Origin: Candidatus Bathyarchaeota archaeon
GTDB lineage: Archaea > Thermoproteota > Bathyarchaeia > TCS64
Length of the DNA stretch: 48,154 bases
Assembly (NCBI GenBank): GCA_043826455.1
Contig: JBDRQD010000064.1
Coordinates: forward strand, 1-48,154
Direction: 5' to 3'
Of the stretch, positions 19,049-28,401 are shown one piece after another; within the stretch, counting starts at the first letter, position 1, and every line of letters starts with the position of its first letter. The translations under genes were made by a program, and so were the position numbers. The notes beneath the pieces are model-generated. The model was not told the DNA's origin. It did no database searches and saw only the letters and a program-made list of their open reading frames with translations.

Positions 19049-19560
19049 ACCAGCGAATCCGCCCTGACCCATTTCCTGTTTCTTAGATCGTAGAACCAAG
19101 AGCGCTGTGGGTTCTCAGCCACCTCCACCTTGAGCCGATAAAGGGCCTCAGCGGAACCCAGCTCATCGATCTCCACCCTACCCTCACCCGACAGGAGGGC
19201 AGGGACCGCCGGGCAGTTCATGTCCAAGCCGACTATGGGGCCGTCTCTCCCCGGCTCTAGGCTGAAGGGGAATTGCCTGCAGGACGCAGGCCTGTCAACG
19301 TAGATACCACAAAGACCCTCAGAGAGATGTGGGCAGACATCAGCCTCTAGTTGGAAGGCAGCCACCCTGAACTCCTCGTTGTGGGGTCTCCGCCCATCAC
19401 CCATGGCAGGTCTAACCATGTCAGGCGGAAACAGAGGAGCTTCCTCAGGCAGCAGAGTCAATCCCCTGAGAATCCCTTTGTCCTCAGCCATCAGGCCCCC
19501 GCAGCATTTACCGCAGCGAAGGCAACTAAACCTGGCCACCCGCTCAGTCATACAATGCAT
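19045..19560 (-). CDS. YkgJ family cysteine-cluster protein
   Basis: F.C.RCGKCC, CPHL...C.IY..RP.SCR.FPF, CP. Confidence 0.9.
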   Translation of the reverse strand: MHCMTERVARFSCLRCGKCCGGLMAEDKGILRGLTLLPEEAPLFPPDMVRPAMGDGRRPHNEEFRVAAFQLEADVCPHLSEGLCGIYVDRPASCRQFPFSLEPGRDGPIVGLDMNCPAVPALLSGEGRVEIDELGSAEALYRLKVEVAENPQRSWFYDLRNRKWVRADSLV

Positions 19561-19699
19561 ACAACGGTTTCAGCAAATTAAAATGGGTTATTCAGCTGGT
19601 TACGGTACTCCTGACTAAGATTTAGAGGACATTTTTCCGATGTTATACTGAGAATTTGGATTATCTTCTTTGGCATGGTGTCGCGGGTGTCGGTTTCAT

Positions 19700-20030
19700 G
19701 GGCGGGCACCATATTATGAAAATAATAAAATAATTCTCCGTTATATGGTACCCCCCCTAACCTTTTTTGCACATCAGGTCTCCGCTGCGCCGTACCTGTG
19801 TTGAATGTGCCGTGTTTCTGTGTGGAATGGACGGCGTTTTTGCATAGAATGGGATCGCATCGGACCGGTTCCGTGACTCCTTTTGGCGTGGGGCACCTGT
19901 TTCCGGTTTTTCTTGCTCTACCCCCTCCCCCCCTCTCTGGGGCTGTGGTGCTGGCTTAGTGCGCGTATCGTTCGCTGGGTGGCTTATACCCTCCTAGAGG
20001 GTATAAGGCGGAAAAAAAATTCCATCTTTT
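19700..20030 (-). repeat. ~330-bp non-coding dispersed repeat, copy 2 (inverted relative to 55-383)
   Basis: Near-identical reverse complement of 55-383; contains a perfect 11-bp hairpin CTTATACCCTC-CTA-GAGGGTATAAG. Confidence 0.95.
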
Positions 20031-20121
20031 GGCTCATGCTTTTCCTCAGTGAGATGTTTCCGCGTTAAACGAACAAGAAAACGTGGTTCCTCGAAAACCT
20101 CATTATTCTATGCGTCTATCC

Positions 20122-21246
20122 ATGGGCGTGGACATCCGTAAGGTTAGAGGTGACTTCCCTGCGTTGAGGGAGTGGACTTATCTGGATAACGCCTTCGTCG
20201 GGCTCATGCCCAGGCAGGTGAAGGAGGGCTACGATGAGTACCTGGACCTCTGGTACATGTTCAGGCCCCCGGGGGACAGCACCATCCTCCAGGAGTGGGT
20301 GAGGAAGGCCTCACACGTCAGGGGGTTGATGGCCGAGTTCATCCACGTAGAACCCGAGGAGCTGGCCTACACCATGTGCACCGGGTCGGGCCTCAACATC
20401 GTGGTCAACGGGACCGATTGGAGGAGAGGCGACAACGCCGTGTTCCCGGAGTGGGAGCACAACCCCCTGGACACCTACACCACCAGGAGGCATGGCGTCG
20501 AGCCCAGGGTTTGGAGGCCCCGGGGCGGCGTCTTCGACGTGGCCGACCTGGAGAGGCTCGTGGATGACAGGACGCGACTGGTCCAGGTGAGCCACGTGAG
20601 CTATGTCAACGGCTTCAGGGCCGACCTCAAGGAGGTAGCCGAGGTGGCCCACGGTCACGGCGCCAAGGTTCTGGTGGACGCCACACAGGCCGTGGGGGCC
20701 CTGGACGTGGACTACGTGGGGGACGGGGTGGATTATGTGGCCTTCGCGCCCTACAAGTACCTGATGGGGCCCTCCGGACTGGCCTTCCTTTACGTGAGGA
20801 AGGAGAATCTGGATGGTTTAACCCCTGACAGGACAGGCTGGAAGAACCAGGTGTGGGGCGGCGACAACCCCGAGGAGATCTCCGACGCCGAGTCTGCTGA
20901 AAAATTCGAGTACGGCACCCTCCACTTCCAGGGGGCCTACGCCATGGAGAGGTCCCTGGGGTACCTGAACAGGCTGGGGATAAAGCGCATAGAGAAGCGT
21001 AACCTGGGCCTCAGCGGCTACCTCTACGACAAGCTATCCGAGGCAGGTAAAGAGGTGTGGACCCCCGGCCCCGAGTCCACCATCGTGAGCTACTTCCAGG
21101 AGGGCGCGGTGGAGCTGGCGGCCAGGCTCAAGGCCAAGAAGATCAAGGTCACGGGGAGGAGCGCCCACGGTGACCACATGAGGGTGTCCGTCCACTTCTA
21201 CAACACGGAGGGCGACATCGACAGGCTTCTGGGCGAGGTGCTCTAA
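20122..21246 (+). CDS. PLP-dependent class V aminotransferase-fold enzyme (C-S lyase-like; no desulfurase Cys)
   Basis: YLDNA, VDATQA.G, YKYLMGP.G, FE.GT, MRVS.H.YN. Confidence 0.9.
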   Translation: MGVDIRKVRGDFPALREWTYLDNAFVGLMPRQVKEGYDEYLDLWYMFRPPGDSTILQEWVRKASHVRGLMAEFIHVEPEELAYTMCTGSGLNIVVNGTDWRRGDNAVFPEWEHNPLDTYTTRRHGVEPRVWRPRGGVFDVADLERLVDDRTRLVQVSHVSYVNGFRADLKEVAEVAHGHGAKVLVDATQAVGALDVDYVGDGVDYVAFAPYKYLMGPSGLAFLYVRKENLDGLTPDRTGWKNQVWGGDNPEEISDAESAEKFEYGTLHFQGAYAMERSLGYLNRLGIKRIEKRNLGLSGYLYDKLSEAGKEVWTPGPESTIVSYFQEGAVELAARLKAKKIKVTGRSAHGDHMRVSVHFYNTEGDIDRLLGEVL

Positions 21247-21998
21247 GCCTCTCTCCTCTTCAGGAGTTTGACGCCCGTCAAAGCTAACAGGATGATGGCT
21301 GCGCCGATGCCCGCCGCGTAGGGCACCAGGCCCGACCCCATCTGCTTCACAACGATCCCCGCGAAGGCCCAGACTATGACGAGGTTGTAGCCCACGTCCC
21401 CCCTTGTCCAGATGCTTGTAAGAGCAATGGCAACTGCCACCGAGATCACTATTATGGTCCAGTTTGTCGCCGCGGGGCCGTAGCTTGGCCACCCCATGGA
21501 CACCAGCAGCGCCGTCACGTTGGCTATGGGGGCCACAGTTATCCAGCCCAGGTAGACACTGAAGGGCAGGTGGACGTATAGCCATTCATCCCTGCTGGTC
21601 TCCGCCAAGCCTATGTCTAGGCGGAGGTAGATGAGTATCAGTGTTCCCAGGAGCCCGAACATCACAAGGACGCTGGGAAGCACCAGCCTCCAGTGCCACA
21701 GGAATATCCATATAGAGTTGAGCAGACAGCTGAGCACGAACAGCCAGCCCACCCTATCCAGGAGCCCGCTGTCCCTCTGGGCTGGGCGGGCCTGGTAGAC
21801 CGTGAACCCCAGGAGCAGCAGATAAATGACCCCCCATATGCTGAACACGTAGCCAGCCGGAACAAAGAGGTTGGGGTAGCTGTCACTCAGCTCTGCAGTG
21901 GTCACACCGTTTAGGGGAAGAATATTGGCTAGTGCGTTCACGACCACCATCACCATGAACCCCGCGGCGTTGATGGCTTGGAGGATTCTCTTATCCAT
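21243..21998 (-). CDS. TspO-like (tryptophan-rich sensory) membrane protein
   Basis: N.LAN.LPLNG.TT..LSD.YPN.F.PAGY.FSIWG.IY, N..W...W, S.YLGW. Confidence 0.8.
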   Translation of the reverse strand: MDKRILQAINAAGFMVMVVVNALANILPLNGVTTAELSDSYPNLFVPAGYVFSIWGVIYLLLLGFTVYQARPAQRDSGLLDRVGWLFVLSCLLNSIWIFLWHWRLVLPSVLVMFGLLGTLILIYLRLDIGLAETSRDEWLYVHLPFSVYLGWITVAPIANVTALLVSMGWPSYGPAATNWTIIVISVAVAIALTSIWTRGDVGYNLVIVWAFAGIVVKQMGSGLVPYAAGIGAAIILLALTGVKLLKRREA

Positions 21999-22107
21999 GG
22001 TTACAGCTTCGGAACCATTCAATATATAGTAATAGAAATTATTTGTGCAATAACCGTTAAACCTTACACATACGTTTAACAAAACCATTAAAACGGAGGC
22101 CGGCCCC

Positions 22108-23670
22108 ATGAATGATATGAGTCCCCCAGACAGCAGACCAGATGGTATCGTCATCCTGGACTTCGGGGGCCAGTACTGTCACCTCATAGCCCGCAGGGTA
22201 CGGGAGATGAACGTCTACACCGAGATCCTGCCCAGCGACGCCACAGCTGACGAGGTGAAGGCCCTGGGCGCCGTGATGCTCGTCAAGGGCGTCATCTTCT
22301 CGGGTAGCCCCAGCAGCGTCAAGGCCGCGGACGCCCTGACCCTGGACCCCGCCATCCTGGGGTTAAGCGTGCCTGTGCTGGGCCTCTGCTACGGGCTCCA
22401 GCTTCTGGCCAGCATGCACGGGGGAGAGCTGGACAAGGCCAGGGAGTACGGCGTCACAGAGGCATACATCGACGCACCCGTAGGCGTGCTGGAGGGGCTG
22501 GACGCCTGCCAGCAGGTGTGGATGAGCCACGGCGACACCGTGTTCAAGGCGCCCGAGGACTTTATGGTACTCGCCCACACGGACAGGGCCCCCGTGGCGG
22601 CCATGAAGCACAGGGACAAGGAGATATACGGCCTCCAGTGGCACCCCGAGGTGGCCCACACCGAGCACGGGACAGCCATGCTGAGGAACTTCGTCTTCAA
22701 GGTCTGCAGGTGTGAGCCCAACTGGCGGCCCCTGGACCGGGTGGAGGAGGCCGTCGCTGAGATCAAGTCCACCGTGGGCGACGGCAAAGCGATAATCGCC
22801 TTGAGCGGTGGCGTGGACAGCAGCGTGGCCGCCGCCCTGGCTGGCACCGCCCTGGGGGACAGGCTGGTGGCTGTTCACGTGGACCACGGCCTCATGAGGA
22901 TGAACGAGTCCGAGGAAGTTGAGAAGGCGTTCACTGGCAGAGGGGTCAACCTGGTTGTGGTCCAGGCTAAGGAGCGGTTCCTCGAGCGGCTTCACGGAGT
23001 CACGGACCCGGAGGAGAAGCGGAAGATCATAGGCGAGGAGTTCATACGGGTCTTCGAGGACGAGGCCCGGAAGGTGGGGGCCGAGTACCTCATCCAGGGC
23101 ACCATATACCCTGACAGGATAGAGTCGGGGATCACCAGGAACAGCGACACCATCAAGACCCACCACAACGTGGGGGGCCTCCCCCTCCAGATGGAGTTCA
23201 AGGCCGTCATAGACCCTCTCAGGGACCTGTACAAGGACGAGGTCCGGGCCCTGGGGACGCGGCTGGGGCTGCCCCGGGAGCTTGTGTGGAGGCAGCCCTT
23301 CCCCGGGCCCGGGCTGGCCGTCCGTGTCATGGGCCCCGTCACTGAGGATAAGCTGGAGGTGCTCAGGCGGGCCGACTCCATTGTGGTGGAGGAGGTGGAG
23401 AGGCACCCCTTCAAGGACAGGCTCTGGCAGTACTTCGCGGTCCTCACGGACACCAAGAGCACCGGGGTGAAGGGGGACGAGCGGGCCTATGGGTGGACCA
23501 TCGCGGTGCGCATGGTGGAGAGCATAGACGCCATGACGGCCAACTTCAGCAAGGTGCCGTGGGAGGTGCTGGAGCGGATCAGCAACCGGATAGGCAACGA
23601 GATACCCAGCGTCACAAGGATCGTATATGACGTAACCCATAAACCACCCAGCACCATAGAGTGGGAGTAA
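22108..23670 (+). CDS. guaA: GMP synthase, fused glutaminase plus ATP pyrophosphatase
   Basis: [48 protein letters not shown]. Confidence 0.98.
   Translation: MNDMSPPDSRPDGIVILDFGGQYCHLIARRVREMNVYTEILPSDATADEVKALGAVMLVKGVIFSGSPSSVKAADALTLDPAILGLSVPVLGLCYGLQLLASMHGGELDKAREYGVTEAYIDAPVGVLEGLDACQQVWMSHGDTVFKAPEDFMVLAHTDRAPVAAMKHRDKEIYGLQWHPEVAHTEHGTAMLRNFVFKVCRCEPNWRPLDRVEEAVAEIKSTVGDGKAIIALSGGVDSSVAAALAGTALGDRLVAVHVDHGLMRMNESEEVEKAFTGRGVNLVVVQAKERFLERLHGVTDPEEKRKIIGEEFIRVFEDEARKVGAEYLIQGTIYPDRIESGITRNSDTIKTHHNVGGLPLQMEFKAVIDPLRDLYKDEVRALGTRLGLPRELVWRQPFPGPGLAVRVMGPVTEDKLEVLRRADSIVVEEVERHPFKDRLWQYFAVLTDTKSTGVKGDERAYGWTIAVRMVESIDAMTANFSKVPWEVLERISNRIGNEIPSVTRIVYDVTHKPPSTIEWE
23633..23669 (+). 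repeat. Direct repeat copy 1: current guaA 3' end (att-like)
   Basis: TAACCCATAAACCACCCAGCACCATAGAGTGGGAGTA; 34/37 identical to 24144-24180. Confidence 0.9.
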
Positions 23671-23702
23671 ACTTTCTAATAACCCACGTATTCTGTTTCT
23701 TT

Positions 23703-24146
23703 ATGGATTTAGCTGATTTTCTTGTGTGGGCCAAGAGGCGTACCTATGGCTCGTCAACCTCTGAGCCTAAGCGGCTCGCTGACGGCTCGAAAGAATATCT
23801 GCTCTCCCGAGATGGCTACACCTACAGGGACAGGTACTTCGGGGGGAACCCCTTCATCGGTGAGGAAGTGGTCTTCAGGGATGACCATGCCATATGGTCC
23901 ATGAATTACTACGGCGTCGCCACGGCCCGCGACCCGGGTGAGGTGTTCGGGTTCCTCGTCAAGGCTCTGGGGCTTGTGGAGAGAAAGAACCCGTACCGTG
24001 GCCCAGAGGAATACGTTGCGGCCCCATGGAGGTACAGCTTTACCAGCGGTGGAGACATCGACGCCTTCTGGGGCCATGAGAGGATAACCTACGATGAGGC
24101 CCCGGTTTACTGGCTAAGGTTCCATGGTGGCCAGGTGGGGGCATAA
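23703..24146 (+). CDS. DUF5680-like hypothetical protein (islet cargo)
   Basis: FL..AK..TY, Y.YRD.YFG...F.GEEVV, WSMNYYG, PYRGP, F.G.E.I, F.GG; lies between the two guaA-end repeats. Confidence 0.8.
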   Translation: MDLADFLVWAKRRTYGSSTSEPKRLADGSKEYLLSRDGYTYRDRYFGGNPFIGEEVVFRDDHAIWSMNYYGVATARDPGEVFGFLVKALGLVERKNPYRGPEEYVAAPWRYSFTSGGDIDAFWGHERITYDEAPVYWLRFHGGQVGA

Positions 24147-24180
24147 CCCATAAACCCCCGAGCACCGTAGAGTGGGAGTA
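24144..24180 (+). repeat. Direct repeat copy 2: displaced guaA 3' end (encodes THKPPSTVEWE*)
   Basis: TAACCCATAAACCCCCGAGCACCGTAGAGTGGGAGTA(G); its stop codon abuts the archease ATG. Confidence 0.9.
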
Positions 24181-24181
24181 G

Positions 24182-24604
24182 ATGAGCTACACTTACCCGG
24201 AGGGCGGCCCAGCAGCCGACCTCCTCGTCGAGGCCACCGGAGAGACCCTTGGAGAGGCCTTCGCCAACCTAACCCTCGGCATGTTCAACGTCATGACCCC
24301 CATCGGCGACATCGCCGAGGAGGAGGAGTTCGTGGTCGAGGCCCAGGGGGACGACCTGGATAGCCTCCTCTTTAACTTCATGGACGAGTTCCTGTACCTG
24401 AACGACGTGGAGTTCCTGGTGCCCAGGAGGATGGAGGTCTCCGTGGACGAGAAACACTTCCACGCCGAGGCCCTGTGCGTCGGGGAGAGGTTCAGCCGGG
24501 ACACCCACGAGACGGGCATAGCCGTGAAGGCCGTCACCTACCACATGATGGAGATCAAACGTGAAGACGGCGGCTACCGGGTCAGGATGGTCTTCGACAC
24601 CTAG
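24182..24604 (+). CDS. Archease
   Basis: ADL.VEA.G.TL.EAF, LL..F.DE.LYL, GE, VKAVTYH, V.MVFD. Confidence 0.93.
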   Translation: MSYTYPEGGPAADLLVEATGETLGEAFANLTLGMFNVMTPIGDIAEEEEFVVEAQGDDLDSLLFNFMDEFLYLNDVEFLVPRRMEVSVDEKHFHAEALCVGERFSRDTHETGIAVKAVTYHMMEIKREDGGYRVRMVFDT

Positions 24605-25986
24605 ACTTTTGGTTCCCCGTTGCCGGCCAGACGCCCCCTGACCATGGAGGCGGCTATCCCCGGTATGCACGCCACGAAGAAGATGGTGAATGCTGTTTTG
24701 ACGCTGGACAGCAGCACGGGGTAAAGCTCAGGCACTATCTGGCTGCCCCCCAGGTTGATGGCGAACAGAGTCATGGCCACCCCGGTGCTCAGCATCTGGC
24801 CCGTCAGCCTCATGGTGCCCACCGTGGAGGATGCTACACCGTAGAACCTCCGCTCCACGGACCCCATTATGGCGTTGGTGTTGGGCGAGGTGAAGAGGGC
24901 CAGGCCGACGCCCAGCAGGGCGAGGCTCCCCGCCACGTAGGTGAGAGGCGTCCCCTCCCCCAGGAACATGAACGGCAGCAGGGAGAGGGTCGTAACCGCC
25001 ATCCCCACGGAGGCTATCCTGTGTGGCTCAACACTGTCGCTGAGCCTCCCCGCCACCGGGGAGATGATGGCCTGGGTGATGGGGGAAGCCATCATAACCA
25101 GACCTGCCTGCTGTGCGTCCAGGGCCTTGATGTACTGGAGGTACATGCTGAGGAGGAGGGTCACGGCGTAGGTGGCGCTGAAGTTTATGAAGGCCGCCAG
25201 GTTGCTGAAGCTGAAGGCCTTGTTGTTTAGGAACAGGTTCACGTCTAGGATGGGGTTCTCGGCCCTCGTCTCGTAGTAGATGAACGCGCCTAGAAGGGTC
25301 AGGCCCCCCAGGATGTACGGGTAGGCGTCCGCCTTGGGGAGCATGGACATACCGTACATGAGCACCAGGAGCATGAGGCTGTACATGGCTGAGCCCTTGA
25401 CGTCGAAGCTCCTGCTCGCACCCTCAGCCCACTCGGCCCTCACCTTCAGCAGGGTCGTGACGATGATGAGGAGGCCTACGCCCACGTTCACCAGGAAGAT
25501 GCTCCTCCACCCGAAGCCGGTCGTGAGGAACCCGCCCAGGCTGGGCCCCACGGAGAGCCCCACGTACACCATGGCCGCGTTGATCCCCAGTACGGCGCCT
25601 CTCTCCTCAGGCCCATGCACCGACACCAGGATGGCTACACCTGTGCCGAAGATCATGGCCGAGCCGACGCCCTGGAGCGCCCTCAGAGCCACTATCGTCG
25701 AGCCTGACGGGTAGACAGCCAGGAGCCCGGAGGCCAAGGTGAACACCCCTATGCCGTACATGTATACCCGCTTCCTGCCGTACATGTCGGCCACCTTGCC
25801 GAAGGGTATCAGGAACATGGCGCTGCTGAGGAGGTACGCCAGGCTGGCCCAGCTCATGGCTATGGCGCTGAGCCCGTACTCCCTGGCGATGCTGGGCAAC
25901 GCTATGTTAAAGCTGCTCCCAGAGAAGGGGGTGAGGAAGCTGCTCAACGCCATGGTGAGCTGCACCGCCCTCTTATCCACCGCCAA
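24601..25986 (-). CDS. MFS transporter, DHA2 (14-TMS) drug efflux type
   Basis: NIALP.I, GKVAD.YGRK, R.LQG.G, GP..GG, WRSIF.VN. Confidence 0.92.
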   Translation of the reverse strand: MAVDKRAVQLTMALSSFLTPFSGSSFNIALPSIAREYGLSAIAMSWASLAYLLSSAMFLIPFGKVADMYGRKRVYMYGIGVFTLASGLLAVYPSGSTIVALRALQGVGSAMIFGTGVAILVSVHGPEERGAVLGINAAMVYVGLSVGPSLGGFLTTGFGWRSIFLVNVGVGLLIIVTTLLKVRAEWAEGASRSFDVKGSAMYSLMLLVLMYGMSMLPKADAYPYILGGLTLLGAFIYYETRAENPILDVNLFLNNKAFSFSNLAAFINFSATYAVTLLLSMYLQYIKALDAQQAGLVMMASPITQAIISPVAGRLSDSVEPHRIASVGMAVTTLSLLPFMFLGEGTPLTYVAGSLALLGVGLALFTSPNTNAIMGSVERRFYGVASSTVGTMRLTGQMLSTGVAMTLFAINLGGSQIVPELYPVLLSSVKTAFTIFFVACIPGIAASMVRGRLAGNGEPKV

Positions 25987-26069
25987 GTCACGTGCCTCTG
26001 AATCTGTACCTCGTGTACTACAGTGGCTCAATAAGAGCTTTCAGGTGACAGCACGAAAAAATGGGGGCG

Positions 26070-26327
26070 TTACTCGCCTAAGGCTCGACGCTTCCTCATG
26101 ATGATACCCTTGCATTTAGGAGCGTACTCGCAGTACTCCAGACAGGAAGGCGAAGGGTCCTCCTTGGCCTGCCTCCCCCCGCAGTCCAGGCAGACCCCCG
26201 TCTCCTCGTCGCTCCACACCTCCACCCGGCCCCCGCACTTCTCGCAGACCTCATAACTGACGGTGGGCCTGACGAACTCCTCTATCCCAGGGCACGTGTT
26301 CTCGGAGGGGCGCTTGAGGAAGCTCAT
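26070..26327 (-). CDS. Small Cys-rich zinc-ribbon/Fe-S candidate protein
   Basis: CPG..., CEKCG..VE.WSDE....C..CG, SC..YC..A..C; downstream of hcp with GGTGA SD. Confidence 0.8.
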   Translation of the reverse strand: MSFLKRPSENTCPGIEEFVRPTVSYEVCEKCGGRVEVWSDEETGVCLDCGGRQAKEDPSPSCLEYCEYAPKCKGIIMRKRRALGE

Positions 26328-26347
26328 GGCGTCACCGTGCTAGGAGG

Positions 26348-27958
26348 TTACCCCAGGATGGCCTTCAGGTCGGCCTCTGGGGTGGTTATGGACATGATGT
26401 TGAAGTTGTCCACAAGCACCTTCAACACGTTGGGGGTCACGACCGCCGGAAGACTAGGCCCCAGCCTAATGTCTTTGATGCCTAGGTGTAGCAGCGTCAG
26501 CAGTATGGCCACGGCCTTCTGCTCGTACCAGCTCAGTACTATACTCAGGGGCAGCTCGTTCACACCCACGCCGAAGGCTTTTGCCAGGGCAACGGCGATC
26601 TGCACCGCCGAGTACGCGTCGTTACACTGGCCCACGTCCAGCAGCCTGGGGATGCCCCCGATGTCGCCCAGGTCCTTGTCGAAGAACCTGAACTTGCCGC
26701 ACGCCAGGGTCAGCACCACGCAGTCCTTGGGGACCTTCTCCACGAACTCCGTGTAGTAGCTGCGGCCCGGCTTGGCTCCGTCGCAGCCCCCCACCAGGAA
26801 GAAGTGCCTTATCTTCCCGGCCTTGACCGCCTCTACCACCTGGCCGGCTACGCCCAGCACCGCGTTGCGGGCGAAGCCCACCATCACTGTCTTGCCGGGG
26901 GCGTCCTCCCTGAAGCCGGGAAGCTCCAGGGCCCTCTCGATGGCCGGGGTGAAGTTCTTGTCCTCTATGTGGGTGACGCCGGGCCAGCCCACGAGGCCCG
27001 TGGTGAAGATGTTGTCCTTGTAGGACTCTAACGGCTTCTGGATGCAGTTGGTGGTCATCACTATGGCGCCGGGGAACTGGCTGAACTCCCTGTGCTGGTT
27101 CTGCCACGCCGTACCGTAGTGGCCGTAGAAGTGCTTATACTTCTTCAGTCCCGGGTAGCCGTGGGTGGGCAGCATCTCACCATGAGTGTACACGTATATT
27201 CCCTTACCCTCGGTCTGCTTCAGTATCTTCTCCAGGTCAGCCAGGTCGTGGCCCGACACCAGCAGCGCCTTCCCCTTCCTGTGGCCCAGGGGCACCTTGG
27301 TGGGCACCGGGTGGCCGTAGTGGCCCGTGTTTCCGGCGTCCAGGAGCTCCATGGCTCGGAGGTTCACCTCCCCGCACTTGAGCACCAGACCCACCATCTC
27401 GTCCACCGTCTTATTGGGGTCCAGGGTGGCCGCAAGGCCCTCGTGGATAAAGGCGTACACCTTCTCGTCCTCGTGGCCTAGGATGGCCGCGTGGTCCGCG
27501 TATGCCGCGACTCCCTTGATGCCGTAGATGAGAAGCTGCTTGAGTCCGTGGATGTCAGAGTCGGTGACGCCGGACATGACGCCGTGCTCGGCGCCCTGCC
27601 TCACCATCTCCTCCAGGCTCTCGGCGGGCTTGAATCTGGCCGCCTCGCTCCACTTAGCCCCCTTCACCTTCTTCTTCAGGGCCTCCCTGTGCTTCACGGC
27701 CTTCCTGATGAGGGGCGGGAACCGCTGGGGGTCGAAGTTGACGTTGGTGAGGGTGCTGAAGGCGGCCTCGCAGGTGAACCTGTTCACCTCGGGTACACTC
27801 ACTCCCTGCTTCCTGGCAGCTACTGCCACCTCTGACAGCCCCTTGAGGGCGTAGATTAGGAGGTCCTGCAGGGCTGCTACCTCGGGCTGCTTGCCGCATA
27901 CGCCCACCTTGGTGCACCCTGTGCCTCCCATGGTCTGCTCACATTGATAACAAAACAT
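26348..27958 (-). CDS. hcp: Hybrid cluster protein (hydroxylamine/NO reductase)
   Basis: MFCYQCEQT...GC...GVCGK, SGHDL, YTHGEMLP.HGYP, TTNC, GGCDG, LACGK, GQCND, SWYEQKA. Confidence 0.98.
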   Translation of the reverse strand: MFCYQCEQTMGGTGCTKVGVCGKQPEVAALQDLLIYALKGLSEVAVAARKQGVSVPEVNRFTCEAAFSTLTNVNFDPQRFPPLIRKAVKHREALKKKVKGAKWSEAARFKPAESLEEMVRQGAEHGVMSGVTDSDIHGLKQLLIYGIKGVAAYADHAAILGHEDEKVYAFIHEGLAATLDPNKTVDEMVGLVLKCGEVNLRAMELLDAGNTGHYGHPVPTKVPLGHRKGKALLVSGHDLADLEKILKQTEGKGIYVYTHGEMLPTHGYPGLKKYKHFYGHYGTAWQNQHREFSQFPGAIVMTTNCIQKPLESYKDNIFTTGLVGWPGVTHIEDKNFTPAIERALELPGFREDAPGKTVMVGFARNAVLGVAGQVVEAVKAGKIRHFFLVGGCDGAKPGRSYYTEFVEKVPKDCVVLTLACGKFRFFDKDLGDIGGIPRLLDVGQCNDAYSAVQIAVALAKAFGVGVNELPLSIVLSWYEQKAVAILLTLLHLGIKDIRLGPSLPAVVTPNVLKVLVDNFNIMSITTPEADLKAILG

Positions 27959-27961
27959 GTT

Positions 27962-28336
27962 TTAACTCTCCTTACGAGATGCTTCAGATCGGCGCCGGGC
28001 AGGGCAGTTGGCCCTGTTTCCGCAGTACCTGGACGCGTGGCTCTCCACCGCCTTCAATATTGGGTCCAGTGTCTCGTGGTTGAGGCTGTAGACTCGGCTC
28101 TTCCCCTGCCGCTTGACTTGAACGAACTTGCACTGCACTAGGGGGCGGAGGTTGTGGCTCACCATGCTCTGCTCCTGGCCCAGGGTCTCAACGATCTGGG
28201 TCACGGTCATGGGCGACTCGTCCAGGAGCTCGATTATTGCCAGCCTGGTGGGGTTCGCCAGCGTGCTGAAGAAGCCGTAGCATAGTTCTGTCAATCCGTG
28301 CTTCACACCCGACAACTCCTCTGAAACATTCTTCAT
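27962..28336 (-). CDS. ArsR/SmtB family regulator
   Basis: F.TLANPTRL.I, QS.VSH.L..L, R.G..R.YSL; C-terminal YC....NCP. Confidence 0.92.
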   Translation of the reverse strand: MKNVSEELSGVKHGLTELCYGFFSTLANPTRLAIIELLDESPMTVTQIVETLGQEQSMVSHNLRPLVQCKFVQVKRQGKSRVYSLNHETLDPILKAVESHASRYCGNRANCPARRRSEASRKES

Positions 28337-28352
28337 ATGAAGAAGTATTCAT
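28322..28352. promoter_or_regulatory. Tandem ArsR/SmtB-type operators (TGAA-N6-TTCA x2) over the start of the arsR-hcp operon
   Basis: TGAAacattcTTCA (28322-35) and TGAAgaagtaTTCA (28338-51) flank the start codon, just downstream of a TATA-like box. Confidence 0.7.
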
Positions 28353-28401
28353 TACAAATATAAGTGTTGTGGGAGAAACCATGGATCACCTTGCAGGTGC
28401 T

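Noticed and set aside
20122..21246. Cysteine desulfurase (SufS/IscS) call
   Set aside because: The C-terminal RxGxHC/SxGSAC catalytic Cys loop is absent (GRSAHGDHMR).
22363..23640. Long antisense/alternate-frame ORFs (for example 22363-23640, 10838-11758, 33803-34816, 37638-38528)
   Set aside because: These are shadow frames of well-supported genes, expected with high GC3 codon bias.
24140..24181. True integron attC site after the DUF5680-like gene
   Set aside because: GCATAAC resembles an R'' box, but there is no matching GTTRRRY or L-box stem, and the sequence is explained by the guaA end. No intI gene is present.
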